A stretch of 64,000 bases of DNA, from the IMG/VR virus record IMGVR_UViG_3300047321_000298, positions 1 to 64,000 of that record; one strand, 5' to 3'. Positions 44,581 to 53,934 of this stretch are shown piece by piece. Source of the DNA: a virus (Duplodnaviria; Caudoviricetes). The notes beneath the pieces were generated by a model. That model saw only the letters and a program-made list of their open reading frames with translations. It ran no database searches and had not been told where the DNA came from. Positions within the stretch are counted from its first letter, which is position 1. Each line of letters opens with the position of its first letter. The position numbers and the translations under genes were made by a program.

Positions 44581-45702
44581 TCACCCTGACGTATAGGGGG
44601 TATTCACACCTTGGCGAACACCCAAAATCTTTTCTGCGTATTGAGCACCAGTCACCAGAAGCGAACGACCGCCCACGATGTACGTACCTGAGTACGCTAT
44701 GTCCTGCTTGTTCACATCGGAGTCCACGGCAAACGTGAACGTATCGAGAAGCCTGAACGTCGTAGGCGTCTGGATCAGAAACTCGACATCGAGCGAATAC
44801 AGATTCGCGATGCGCATGTTCTGGTAAATCGCGCTCTCATAGTTCGCATGCGTGTTGCCTACGTCGATCCCCCCGAACGACTGATATCCCCGCGCGACGG
44901 TCTGCTTAACCGTTGAGTTGAAGAGGGGACTTGAAACGTCGGGCGAGAACGTGACCTGTTCGTTCGCTGTACTAAGATTCGCGCCGACCATAGATTGCGC
45001 ATATCGGGTGTTCTGATACCCCGTCATCTTGTTTGCGATCCCCGATTTCGCTTTCGGGTTGTAGTCGGCTGCTGTGTAAGCTCCAGACTGATACTCGCCA
45101 AGAATCACTGTCTGCGTCGGTCCCGGAAGCTTCGTCACGTCGCGATAGACCATTGATCCATCGGGATTGACGCCTAGCTCCATATACGAGGTTGCTGATG
45201 CATAGCCACGACGCTTTATGATGTTTGCAAACTCACCGTACGTACGATTGCGGGGCATCCATAGCTGTGCGTCGTTTGTTGAGTCTCCAGAGAACGACAT
45301 TCCGCATTTGCTTGCGATCTGCTGGAGCGCGGCGCTTGACGTACCCTGAATTCCACCTATCGAGGTGCCCGCCCAATACAGAGGGAGGTCCAGATATCCA
45401 TCCACCTCGTAGGTGAAGCCGTTACCGTTGAAATCCTTCGTATGGTGAAACTTCCGGAAGTTGTAGGTAACGGTAGGAGAAGCCAGCGGTTTCAGCGTTA
45501 TGCGCAGTGGTATGCCGTCCTGAAGCTCAAGCTGATCGAGCGAGTGCAAACCATCGAAGATGGAGAAGTGACAGAGCGGCAGGATTCCACGCGTCCACCA
45601 ACTGATCTTGAGGAAGTTGAGCGTGTTGATCGATTCGAGCGGAAATTCCTGATTGTTTATGAACAGCGATACTTCAATTTTCCCCTCAACAACGTATCCC
45701 AT
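44581..45702 (-). CDS. Baseplate hub protein (gp27-like)
   Basis: Position immediately before spike gene; size and composition. Confidence 0.6.
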   Translation of the reverse strand: MGYVVEGKIEVSLFINNQEFPLESINTLNFLKISWWTRGILPLCHFSIFDGLHSLDQLELQDGIPLRITLKPLASPTVTYNFRKFHHTKDFNGNGFTYEVDGYLDLPLYWAGTSIGGIQGTSSAALQQIASKCGMSFSGDSTNDAQLWMPRNRTYGEFANIIKRRGYASATSYMELGVNPDGSMVYRDVTKLPGPTQTVILGEYQSGAYTAADYNPKAKSGIANKMTGYQNTRYAQSMVGANLSTANEQVTFSPDVSSPLFNSTVKQTVARGYQSFGGIDVGNTHANYESAIYQNMRIANLYSLDVEFLIQTPTTFRLLDTFTFAVDSDVNKQDIAYSGTYIVGGRSLLVTGAQYAEKILGVRQGVNTPYTSG

Positions 45703-45709
45703 TTGTACC

Positions 45710-46060
45710 TCAGATCGTTACCGACGCCTGCTGAGTGGACTTCTGCTTACTCAGGTATGCGAGCAGCGCGCTCTTCGTCGGTATGTTCAAAACAATGCCA
45801 ATCGCTATATCTGAAAGCGGATCGGAATAGCCGTTGTATGCGAGCAGGCCGCGCCATAGCGAGGTATCACCAAAGAACCGATAGCTGAGACCCGGCAGGT
45901 TTGCCATATCGGTTGCAGTCAGTTGGTACTGCGTCTGCGGCTGCACGTTGAACCGTATATTTTTGTACGCGGACCGAAAGATGTCGTAGTTCTGTCCGGT
46001 TGAATCCAATGGCGTATAGTTCGACCAGTTGAAGTCTCCGGTGTAGCCAATAAAAGGCAT
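45710..46060 (-). CDS. gp53/gpX-like LysM-type baseplate protein
   Basis: LSYRFFGDTSLWRGLLAYNG..DP...G.VL.IP. Confidence 0.8.
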   Translation of the reverse strand: MPFIGYTGDFNWSNYTPLDSTGQNYDIFRSAYKNIRFNVQPQTQYQLTATDMANLPGLSYRFFGDTSLWRGLLAYNGYSDPLSDIAIGIVLNIPTKSALLAYLSKQKSTQQASVTI

Positions 46061-46071
46061 GAGTCACCCCA

Positions 46072-47031
46072 TCAAAGACTGAATGTGTAAGCTGAATTTC
46101 CCGACACGCCGAACGAGTTGGATTGAGGACTGCCAGCGCCTGGAGGGAGGGAGAACTGCGAAGCGGATGCCGTAGCTGGAGTTGAGTTCGCACCTGGATT
46201 AACAAACAACGATTCCAGATCGCCCTGTGTCAGCATGAACAGGGGCTTGAACCTCACCGATACGCGTGCGTGGTGTGGAAGCCCCGTCTTTGCGTCGAAG
46301 TTCGACAAGAACGTCTGACGCACTCCAGTGACCACCACCGAATCGAACTTCAGATAGTTGCCAATCCAGATCGTGATCGGATTCTTGACCAGCGATTTCC
46401 AGTAGGCTGCGGAGCCAATGCCTGGGTTCTGCGTGATCGACTGTACCGCTGCGCTGTTCGAGCCGTCCGTTGTCTGCGTATTCGGGTCGGTCATCTGACC
46501 GGACTGCGTGTTGATGCCCAACTGACTAGCGGCACCGCCTGCTAAGTTTGATGCGCCGTTAAACACCGCACCCAGTACGGACGAGCCGGACGCAAAAGCG
46601 GTCTGCAAAGTAGTGACCGCTGCGGAGCCCGCAGCCGCCCAATCGATGTAGGGTCCTGGGCTTGACAGAAAACCAGTAGCCGAACTTACTGAAGGCATCA
46701 CCATCTTCAATAGATTCACGATGTTATTGCGCACATCGGCTACAGGATCGGATTCTGTGTGGAATTCAATCTCAACAGCCAGTTCGGTATCGGTTGACCC
46801 CGACCAAAGCTGTGCGGTAAATGCCTGCACCGCAAGCTTGGTTCCCATTAGAGCCGCACCGATGTTGATTACCTTATTGTTGCTCAGGCCCTGAGGGAGC
46901 ATCTGCTCATAGGCCGCGCCCACATCCATTTCAAACTGTTCAGGCATTGGTGCTTCTACGGTGAGCGTGCTGGACCCAGAATTGTTAGACAGCGTCTGCT
47001 GTATAAGCACAACATAGTTCGTATTCGCCAT
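46072..47031 (-). CDS. Tail-tube-initiator-like protein (gp48-like)
   Basis: Tube-fold-like strands; position in T4-like baseplate order. Confidence 0.5.
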   Translation of the reverse strand: MANTNYVVLIQQTLSNNSGSSTLTVEAPMPEQFEMDVGAAYEQMLPQGLSNNKVINIGAALMGTKLAVQAFTAQLWSGSTDTELAVEIEFHTESDPVADVRNNIVNLLKMVMPSVSSATGFLSSPGPYIDWAAAGSAAVTTLQTAFASGSSVLGAVFNGASNLAGGAASQLGINTQSGQMTDPNTQTTDGSNSAAVQSITQNPGIGSAAYWKSLVKNPITIWIGNYLKFDSVVVTGVRQTFLSNFDAKTGLPHHARVSVRFKPLFMLTQGDLESLFVNPGANSTPATASASQFSLPPGAGSPQSNSFGVSGNSAYTFSL

Positions 47032-47038
47032 AGCTATC

Positions 47039-48463
47039 TCACGTATTTACTGCGATCATTTCGCCGTTTTTGCCGGTCAAGATCGTTTTGCTTCCTGATG
47101 GCTGAGGCAGCAAGCCGCCCGCTCCTGGCTGCGACTGCGCGACCTTCGATGGAGTTGCTGCTGCGTTTGATATCGTGGTTCCGGGCTGCACCGAGACACC
47201 AGAGTCAGCTACTCTTGTGGGGTTCGCATTGCTAGCAAGCAACGCGATGACTTCGCGTGCGCGGTTGCCGACCTGTGTGAACCATGCGCTCGAAGTCAGA
47301 GATTGAACCGCGCCTTCGATGTTGAACATCTGCATGAACTTGGTGAACTGCGGCCAGCGCTTCCACCACGACGCACCCATGTTGTACGTAAGGTCGATCA
47401 GTGCCCCCTGACCCTTGGGGTTCAGCCGGTCGAAGTTTGGAATCTGCATTGCAGCTTTCTTGTGAGACTCGAAGTCCTTATCGAACAGAGCCATCACTTC
47501 CTGCATGCTGAATTCACGGTTCCACTCCGGGGGCAGTGATCTACCGTCACCGATCAGGTGACCCACGCCCACGGTCCACAATCCACGCGAGTCCTTATAG
47601 GGCTTCGTCTTCACACCCTCGTGGCGCATGATCATTTTCTTGGTGTCTGCGTCACTGCCGGACAGATTGGTTGCCGCTGCGTCGCCTGCTGCGTGCGGTG
47701 CTTCAGCAACAATCGCTCTACCACTGTCCGCAACGGTTGGCTGCGAGGGTGCTACCGGCTGCGAGGGCGCTACGTATGAGCTACCCTGATCTGCGGTTGT
47801 CGGCGCTTCGGAAACCTCCGCCCGTTCCGCTGCGTTAGCAAAGTCTGGCTCACTGGCTACGTCCGTAGGTGAGCCAGTGGACGAACCCTTGAAAAACTTG
47901 TCGTAGACATACCAGGCCAAAGCCGCTGCACCACCGGCAAGCGCGATGAATGGCCACAGTTCCGGATTGACCCCGATGAACTCAAGAACGCCCATGAAGA
48001 TAGGGCGGATCAGCCACTCAAGGACACCGCGAATCGCATTCCGGACGACGGTTTTAACTACGTCCCATATCGCTTCCAGCGCATAGCGCATGATGCGTTT
48101 GATGACGGTCTTGAGCACCTTCTTGATCGTGCGTTCGACTATGCTCTTGATCAGTTTCTTACCAAGGCTTTTGAAGAAGTCCGCGCGCTCGCGCTTCTTC
48201 ATTTCTTCGATGATGTCTGCTGATTCGAGCATCGCTTTTACGATGTCGTCCTTGTCAGCGTCTGTTAGCTTCGAAGAGTGATACTCGCCCAACGCCTCGA
48301 ACGTCCATTCAACAGTTGGTGTGTTCTTTGCGTTGGGCACCACCATGATGTCCAGCAGATCGTCTAGCGGCATTTCACCAAGAGATGCCATGATCCGATC
48401 TTCATCACGGTCGTCTGATTCCTTGTAGGGAACCAGGGACGCAGCATCCATTAGTGTTTGCAT
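47039..48463 (-). CDS. Tail-associated lysozyme (GH24) with N-terminal helical/TM region
   Basis: RHEG..KPYKDSRGLWTVGVGHLIG, ALIDLTYNMG, S.W..QVGNRA; hydrophobic LWPFIALAGGAAALAWYVY. Confidence 0.85.
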   Translation of the reverse strand: MQTLMDAASLVPYKESDDRDEDRIMASLGEMPLDDLLDIMVVPNAKNTPTVEWTFEALGEYHSSKLTDADKDDIVKAMLESADIIEEMKKRERADFFKSLGKKLIKSIVERTIKKVLKTVIKRIMRYALEAIWDVVKTVVRNAIRGVLEWLIRPIFMGVLEFIGVNPELWPFIALAGGAAALAWYVYDKFFKGSSTGSPTDVASEPDFANAAERAEVSEAPTTADQGSSYVAPSQPVAPSQPTVADSGRAIVAEAPHAAGDAAATNLSGSDADTKKMIMRHEGVKTKPYKDSRGLWTVGVGHLIGDGRSLPPEWNREFSMQEVMALFDKDFESHKKAAMQIPNFDRLNPKGQGALIDLTYNMGASWWKRWPQFTKFMQMFNIEGAVQSLTSSAWFTQVGNRAREVIALLASNANPTRVADSGVSVQPGTTISNAAATPSKVAQSQPGAGGLLPQPSGSKTILTGKNGEMIAVNT

Positions 48464-48465
48464 TA

Positions 48466-50331
48466 CTAGCCTGTGAAGTACGGTGTGTTCATCATCATCA
48501 GCGAATCATCAGTGCCCGTATGGAAGTTGAACGTTGACATGCCGATCTGAGGACCACCCTTTGAAGGACGGTTATCTCCAGTCCCAGCAGAAGCGCCCAT
48601 ACCTGCGGCAACCCCTGTGTTGGGGACTGCAACACCCGCCGTCATAGAAGCGGATTGAGCAGGCGCAGAGGTCGTTGATGTCGTGTTGCTGATTGAGGTC
48701 GGACCCGATACGGACGAGCGATTTCCGCCAATCGTCGTAGTCGAACCACCAACATTCACCGAAGATTCGCCCGGGTTCGTGGTGCTGCCACCAACTGAGG
48801 TTGTCGAACCTTCGAGGTTGACCTTGTCGGCACCGACAGTAATTCCCAGCTTGTTCGCAACCCACGACTGCCAACTTTGATGGCCCTCGCCAGGTGTGCC
48901 CTTCGCTACGGCGTTCGGGTTGCGGTCCTTGTTTGCCGCATCCATCTTTGCCATTTCCGCCTTTTGTTCGGGCGTCAGGTTGTTCAGGTCTGCGTGGCCC
49001 GCCTTAGGTCCCGTGAGCTTCGCTGCCGGACCATTGCGTGACGCGTCAACCTCCTGCTGAGTTACTGTGTCGGACTTCGGATGCAGCTTTTCGAGCACCC
49101 AATCGAGCACCTCATGCGCCTGTTTCCCGACCCAATCCCACGCTTCACCGACCGCCTTTTTAAGGTTGTCCCACGTCGCGTACTTGGTGATCAGATCACC
49201 GATTGTCTTGAACAGTTGCGGATTCGTTGCCATCAGGAGCAGGGCACCGCCCAATGTCTTCAGCCAACCCCAGCCATCGTCGTCGCTGCTCTTCTTCTTG
49301 CTCTTTGAAGGATCACCGACAATCGACTTGTACGAGTTCCAGAACGTGTCTGCTCTGTTCTCGTCCTCTTCCTTCTGATCTACGGTTGAGTCGTCGTCCT
49401 TTTGCAGGAAGTCCATCAGCTTCTGGTAAAGCGATGTCTGGTCTGATGCTGCCTTCGTGATTGCCTGCTCTGCGGCCGAACTCAGCGATATTGAACCTGA
49501 AGCAACAGACGACTTCGTGTGAGGCTCCATACCTCCGGTCTGATCCGTCAATGCCTTTGGCCCACTCGGCTGCACAAGTTGCATCGCGCTGTCTGCAATC
49601 GTGTGAGGCTCCATGTCAATCACGTCGTGCATCGCGTGACGTTGTTGAAGCGGAACCAACGCGTTGTTCGTCGCGCCGTGTGGAGCGGGAAGGGCTAGCG
49701 CTCCAGCATGTGGCGCATGGGCCTGCTTTGCCGCACGTTCCTTGTTGATCTGTTCCGCAAGATCGCGAAGCGTCGTCTTGAACACGTCGGCAATCTTTTC
49801 GACCAGCGACGTTTCGCGAGTCTGCCAGCGATTCGCATCAGCTTCGAGCAGCGACTCTTCCAGCAAGTCGTTCGCAGCAAGTAAATCGCTAGTCGAAGGA
49901 AGATCAGTCGGCAGCGCCTCGTGCACACCTGTGAAGCCGGTGTTCATCGTCTTCGTCAAATCCTCGTTGGATTCGAGGGCAGACAGTTCGATGAATTCCT
50001 TGATCGTTCCGACTATGTTCGGCTCGATTGTCTGGAGTGCTGCGTTGAGCGCCTTCTCGTAGGCCGTCAGGTTGTCTGCGTTGTCTTCGCGGATACCTTG
50101 CTCCAACTGCGCGTACGACGCTTCGAATTTCTTCGCCTGCACTTCGGATGCGGAGATTGCTTGTGCGAATGTCGTTGCTGCCAGAGACGAAAGACCGTTC
50201 AGGACCGAAGAGACGCGCGAGAAGTCTGCGGTGGATGCCCGACCCTGAACGATGTTGTTGAGTGACGAGCCTGCGCTGTTTTGCAGGCTCTGCCATTTCT
50301 TTGATGCCTGATCACTATTGAACCCAGCCAT
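48466..50331 (-). CDS. Tape-measure-like protein
   Basis: Long helical A/S/T/Q-rich protein with hydrophobic WGWLKTLGGALLLM segment, after tail chaperone genes. Confidence 0.5.
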   Translation of the reverse strand: MAGFNSDQASKKWQSLQNSAGSSLNNIVQGRASTADFSRVSSVLNGLSSLAATTFAQAISASEVQAKKFEASYAQLEQGIREDNADNLTAYEKALNAALQTIEPNIVGTIKEFIELSALESNEDLTKTMNTGFTGVHEALPTDLPSTSDLLAANDLLEESLLEADANRWQTRETSLVEKIADVFKTTLRDLAEQINKERAAKQAHAPHAGALALPAPHGATNNALVPLQQRHAMHDVIDMEPHTIADSAMQLVQPSGPKALTDQTGGMEPHTKSSVASGSISLSSAAEQAITKAASDQTSLYQKLMDFLQKDDDSTVDQKEEDENRADTFWNSYKSIVGDPSKSKKKSSDDDGWGWLKTLGGALLLMATNPQLFKTIGDLITKYATWDNLKKAVGEAWDWVGKQAHEVLDWVLEKLHPKSDTVTQQEVDASRNGPAAKLTGPKAGHADLNNLTPEQKAEMAKMDAANKDRNPNAVAKGTPGEGHQSWQSWVANKLGITVGADKVNLEGSTTSVGGSTTNPGESSVNVGGSTTTIGGNRSSVSGPTSISNTTSTTSAPAQSASMTAGVAVPNTGVAAGMGASAGTGDNRPSKGGPQIGMSTFNFHTGTDDSLMMMNTPYFTG

Positions 50332-50334
50332 CTT

Positions 50335-50487
50335 TTACCCCACGTACTGTTTTCCTTCCTGTGCCGCTTTGATACGGTCATCCCGCCGCGCCTGAGCAGC
50401 ATCGGAAAACTGCTGGAACTTATAGATAGGAGTGTCCTCGCTGACCTGAACTCCGTACTCGCTCAGAATCAGCAGTTCCCTATCCAT
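50335..50487 (-). CDS. Small tail assembly chaperone-like protein
   Basis: SD AAGGA, ATG 50487; between gp26-like chaperone and TMP-like gene. Confidence 0.5.
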   Translation of the reverse strand: MDRELLILSEYGVQVSEDTPIYKFQQFSDAAQARRDDRIKAAQEGKQYVG

Positions 50488-50500
50488 CACTTCCTTGGCG

Positions 50501-51844
50501 CTAGTTAGCGGGAAAGAAGCTGTGGGCAGCAAGCGAAAGCTTACTTTCGCTCATTGCGCCACACCCCTTGCACTGGATTTTTACGGTTTGATCTACGCCA
50601 TAATTACGTACCGCTTTGTCGTAGTCCTTAATTAGCTGCACCTGATCAGGAGTCGCGTTCTCAACAATGGCCACGCGCTGATCCAACGTCAGGTGAAGCT
50701 CCTGATGCTGAATGTGCGTAGCCAACTGTGCGAGGAACGAAAACTCAGCACGCTGATCCGGGTCCTGCATCTTCGGATGCTCTGCGAATTCGATTACATC
50801 GCGCATCGTCGGAGGACGAAACACCATGGTCGATGCGTCGCTGAAGTGATAAACCTCCGGATCAGGAATCGTTTCGAGTTCGGTGACCTTGACTGATGCG
50901 TTGGTGATGACTTGCGAAATCTCCAGCGACGATTCAGGAAGAACGGCCGCTTCGATTTCCGCATAGTGCTCTGCGGTCATCTGTCCGGCACGTACCATCG
51001 CCTGGAAGTCGATCAAGCGCAGACCATTCTCTACACGACGTGTATGCTCCGGATTCTTGCATCGCGTGGTGTGCACGAAATTCGATTTCGTGAACGAGTT
51101 CTGACGCAGCCAGAACAGCACGAAGTAGAAATCGGGTAGCGTCAGTTCGAACGCGAGGGGCACGCCACTCCATGCCGGATCACTCGTGTACAAAACAGAA
51201 GACACTGCTTCAACTACAGGCTGCAGTGACTGCTCGCGATGCGCCTTCTGGAGCTTGGCTATATGCTTAGCTAGGAACGGCTTTGCATAGAGGTCCTTGA
51301 ACCCGTAAAACGCGAAGTGCGAGGGCAGACCCAGCGAGAACGAGGAACCATCTGCGACTGGTGTCTGAAACCCGGGCATCGGGTTGCTTACCTGATTTTG
51401 AATGTCCGGCGCAGTCTCGTGCTGCTGCATGGACTGATGGACCCACGAGAAATCATCGGCCGCTGGTACCTGCGGTTGCACAGCCTGAGCAATCGGCCGT
51501 TGCTGCGTTTGCGGGGGCCGTGATTGAGCCTGTTGCTTGGCCTGCGGAGGAACGCGGTGCTGAACCATCGGAGACGGTTGCGGCTGAGCAGCCGGTGCCG
51601 CCTGCGTTTGCGTTTGAGCCAGAGCCATCTGGTCCAAGCTCTGCGCGTGCATCGCAATGCCAGGACGCTGCGGCTGCTGTACACGGGGACCTTGATCCTC
51701 AGTCGGCACCATCATCGGAACGCCCGGGAGCTTGATCGGCTTCGGAAAATGCGCGACGCTTTTCATGCGGTCCTGTTGGGCGCGTGCCAGCGCATCCTTT
51801 TTGTCCTGCGTGAATGGCATGAATTCTGTCTTCTTTTCAGACAC
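50501..51844 (-). CDS. Baseplate hub assembly chaperone (gp26-like) with Q/P-rich N-terminal extension
   Basis: LPS...Y....L..KPF, FRPPTMRD, terminal CKGCG. Confidence 0.6.
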   Translation of the reverse strand: MSEKKTEFMPFTQDKKDALARAQQDRMKSVAHFPKPIKLPGVPMMVPTEDQGPRVQQPQRPGIAMHAQSLDQMALAQTQTQAAPAAQPQPSPMVQHRVPPQAKQQAQSRPPQTQQRPIAQAVQPQVPAADDFSWVHQSMQQHETAPDIQNQVSNPMPGFQTPVADGSSFSLGLPSHFAFYGFKDLYAKPFLAKHIAKLQKAHREQSLQPVVEAVSSVLYTSDPAWSGVPLAFELTLPDFYFVLFWLRQNSFTKSNFVHTTRCKNPEHTRRVENGLRLIDFQAMVRAGQMTAEHYAEIEAAVLPESSLEISQVITNASVKVTELETIPDPEVYHFSDASTMVFRPPTMRDVIEFAEHPKMQDPDQRAEFSFLAQLATHIQHQELHLTLDQRVAIVENATPDQVQLIKDYDKAVRNYGVDQTVKIQCKGCGAMSESKLSLAAHSFFPAN

Positions 51845-51873
51845 GTTATTAACTCCGGTTTATGAGCAAGAAT

Positions 51874-53028
51874 TTAGAGTGAGGCGAAGCCCGAACCAAC
51901 GGCATTAATCCCGCGTTGGAGCAGGGCAGAGCCCGCGTTGGTTATCACTGAACCAAAGCTGTTGATGGTTGCGGTTATCGCGTTGTTAGTGCCGTTCTGA
52001 GCCACAGAGCCGGGAAGGATTGAACCCGCGTCCACCAGGTTCACAAAAACGTCCCCGACTTCGAAGGTCACTTGATTGATGATCCGGTTGCTGTTGCCGG
52101 ATTCCATGGCGTACGACTCAACGTTAGACGGCCAGCATTCGGTGTACTCGACAATCGCCAGAACGTTCGACGTAACGTCCAGCAGGTAGATGAAGATTGG
52201 AAACTTGTAGTCGGAAGGACGACCCCAACCACCTCCCATACTCGCTGCCTGATTAGCGGAGAACGGCGTGATAATCGCGTTCTGCCACGCCTGTATGTAG
52301 GTCAGCGCAACGTTTGATGAGTCCGCGTAGATTCCGAGACGCAAGCTGCCAACTGAATACTTCGCTGGGTATGCACGCGGGCGGCCCTCACGGAAAATGT
52401 GCTGAGCCTCAAACGTGCGGAAGGGCAGGGTAGCCTGCTCAACGTAGTACCACGGAAGCTGCGCAGCGTTAGACGTTGCAATCTGGCCGCCCAAGGCCGA
52501 GGTCAACCCACCGGCCAGTGCTGAACTCAGGTTCGATAGAATCGAACTGGAGGTCGCATTGGATGCCGTCTGGTTCGAGCCCGGAGTAATCACGGGCATC
52601 TGCGCGTACCACGTGTACGCGAGCATAGGATCGGAGCGAGCTTGCGCACCAGCCAGATCGTAGCCCGGGTTGATACCGTTATTTGACGAGCTTTGGAAGG
52701 AGGTCCCGGGACTCGAAAGCACGGAGCCGGACGACGCCATCCCACCTAAGCCGGATATAGCGGCCGAAAATGCGTTTGCCGGGGCTGAGGCGAGCGTAGA
52801 AACCGCTGCAGAGACATTCCCCGTGAGTAGGTCACCGGCTGCACCAACGACCGAACCTAAGGCCGATTTGACGGTATTGGACGCGGCACCTACGACATTA
52901 GATACAACTGTGTTCTTGGCGTTCGAAACAGCACCGGTAATGCCAGTCTTGATACTGTTGATCTGGCCTTTGGTATTTACTTTGATTTGACTTTCGGCGG
53001 AAGATACTGCATCGGAGAGAAACGACAT
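51874..53028 (-). CDS. Tail tube/initiator-fold protein (gp54/gp19-like)
   Basis: W...I...G.PSDYK..I..LD...YTECWP.NV..QVTF pattern of the T4 gp19 fold. Confidence 0.65.
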   Translation of the reverse strand: MSFLSDAVSSAESQIKVNTKGQINSIKTGITGAVSNAKNTVVSNVVGAASNTVKSALGSVVGAAGDLLTGNVSAAVSTLASAPANAFSAAISGLGGMASSGSVLSSPGTSFQSSSNNGINPGYDLAGAQARSDPMLAYTWYAQMPVITPGSNQTASNATSSSILSNLSSALAGGLTSALGGQIATSNAAQLPWYYVEQATLPFRTFEAQHIFREGRPRAYPAKYSVGSLRLGIYADSSNVALTYIQAWQNAIITPFSANQAASMGGGWGRPSDYKFPIFIYLLDVTSNVLAIVEYTECWPSNVESYAMESGNSNRIINQVTFEVGDVFVNLVDAGSILPGSVAQNGTNNAITATINSFGSVITNAGSALLQRGINAVGSGFASL

Positions 53029-53108
53029 AGGGCAGACCTTTCAAAAGGTGCGCCCTAACAATGAATGACAGGCGTTTGAACCTCTAACGCCTGTCTGTGC
53101 GTTAGGGC
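53026..53108 (-). promoter_or_regulatory. Structured leader with alternative pairings over SD/AUG
   Basis: GCCCTAAC/GTTAGGGC and GACAGGCGTT/AACGCCTGTC stems; ACCTTT/AAAGGT hairpin contains the SD. Confidence 0.45.
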
Positions 53109-53151
53109 AAAAAAGAGGGCGGCAAACCCTCGAAGGTCTTAGCGCCGCCCT
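53109..53151 (-). terminator. Intrinsic terminator
   Basis: AGGGCGGC/GCCGCCCT stem followed on the minus strand by CTTTTTT. Confidence 0.75.
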
Positions 53152-53251
53152 TGATACAGTTACATGCAAGCCCCCTTCCCTATGGGAATTCCGCGGCCCT
53201 TGCTCAAAGCCAACTTGCGTGCACCTGTTCGAGTTACTATGAAATTGGAGG

Positions 53252-53710
53252 TCAGTTTCCCCAGATCATCAACAATGCCGGGTCCACAGGGATATAGCCA
53301 TTAGGTGCTGGTCTCAGCAGCGATATGGAATCCGGCGCGAGCCGCCCTTGCGGAGGCAAGTAATAGCCGTTGTTTCTGGCGTCATCAAGAACGACCATCT
53401 TGGGATCGGCCTTCGGCACGTACAGGTCACGCTGAATCAGCGTCCGTGTGTTTTCCACTTCTTCCGGCCAGTGCTCTTCTGTCCGATAGGCAATCCAGTC
53501 CTTGGCTAGTTCCGGCTTTACGAGCAGGGTCAATCCGAGTCCTGAAAGCATACGTTCCGGCTGCTTGTCGAGACCAACGACCACCACCTCTGAGTACTGG
53601 TGACGGGCGTTGGCCAGCAGCGTAAGACAGTCGCGAAGCATCTGCCCTTCAACTGCTGGCGTGTACTTTGTGTAAGTCACACCGATGTAGAAAATACGAG
53701 GCTTGTTCAT
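53252..53710 (-). CDS. Hypothetical protein
   Basis: ATGA-coupled ORF. Confidence 0.55.
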   Translation of the reverse strand: MNKPRIFYIGVTYTKYTPAVEGQMLRDCLTLLANARHQYSEVVVVGLDKQPERMLSGLGLTLLVKPELAKDWIAYRTEEHWPEEVENTRTLIQRDLYVPKADPKMVVLDDARNNGYYLPPQGRLAPDSISLLRPAPNGYIPVDPALLMIWGN

Positions 53711-53934
53711 CTCTTTGTCCCCTTAGCTAGGGCTCGCGCTTTCTCCAGCGGAACCAGATAGACGCGATCATTTGATGCCAGAGTAAATCGCACCAGGTCA
53801 GGATCAGAGGACTGACGAACTCCAAACTTTGTACCTTTCTCCAAAGTAACACTGCTCGTTATCTTCAACGACCGGCCGCTGTAAGTGAACCAGTCGAAGT
53901 TTTCCTCAGTTTTCTTCAGAAGGAAGCTGTACAT
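53707..53934 (-). CDS. Hypothetical protein
   Basis: Coupled to portal stop; L.KG.KFGVR.SS motif. Confidence 0.55.
   Translation of the reverse strand: MYSFLLKKTEENFDWFTYSGRSLKITSSVTLEKGTKFGVRQSSDPDLVRFTLASNDRVYLVPLEKARALAKGTKR

Noticed and set aside
50487-50540. Programmed frameshift linking the chaperone to the next ORF (lambda G/GT-like)
   Set aside because: Next ORF is in the +1 frame, no canonical -1 slippery heptamer, and it has its own SD (AAGGA) and ATG; a +1 slip at TTT CCC G cannot be fully excluded.
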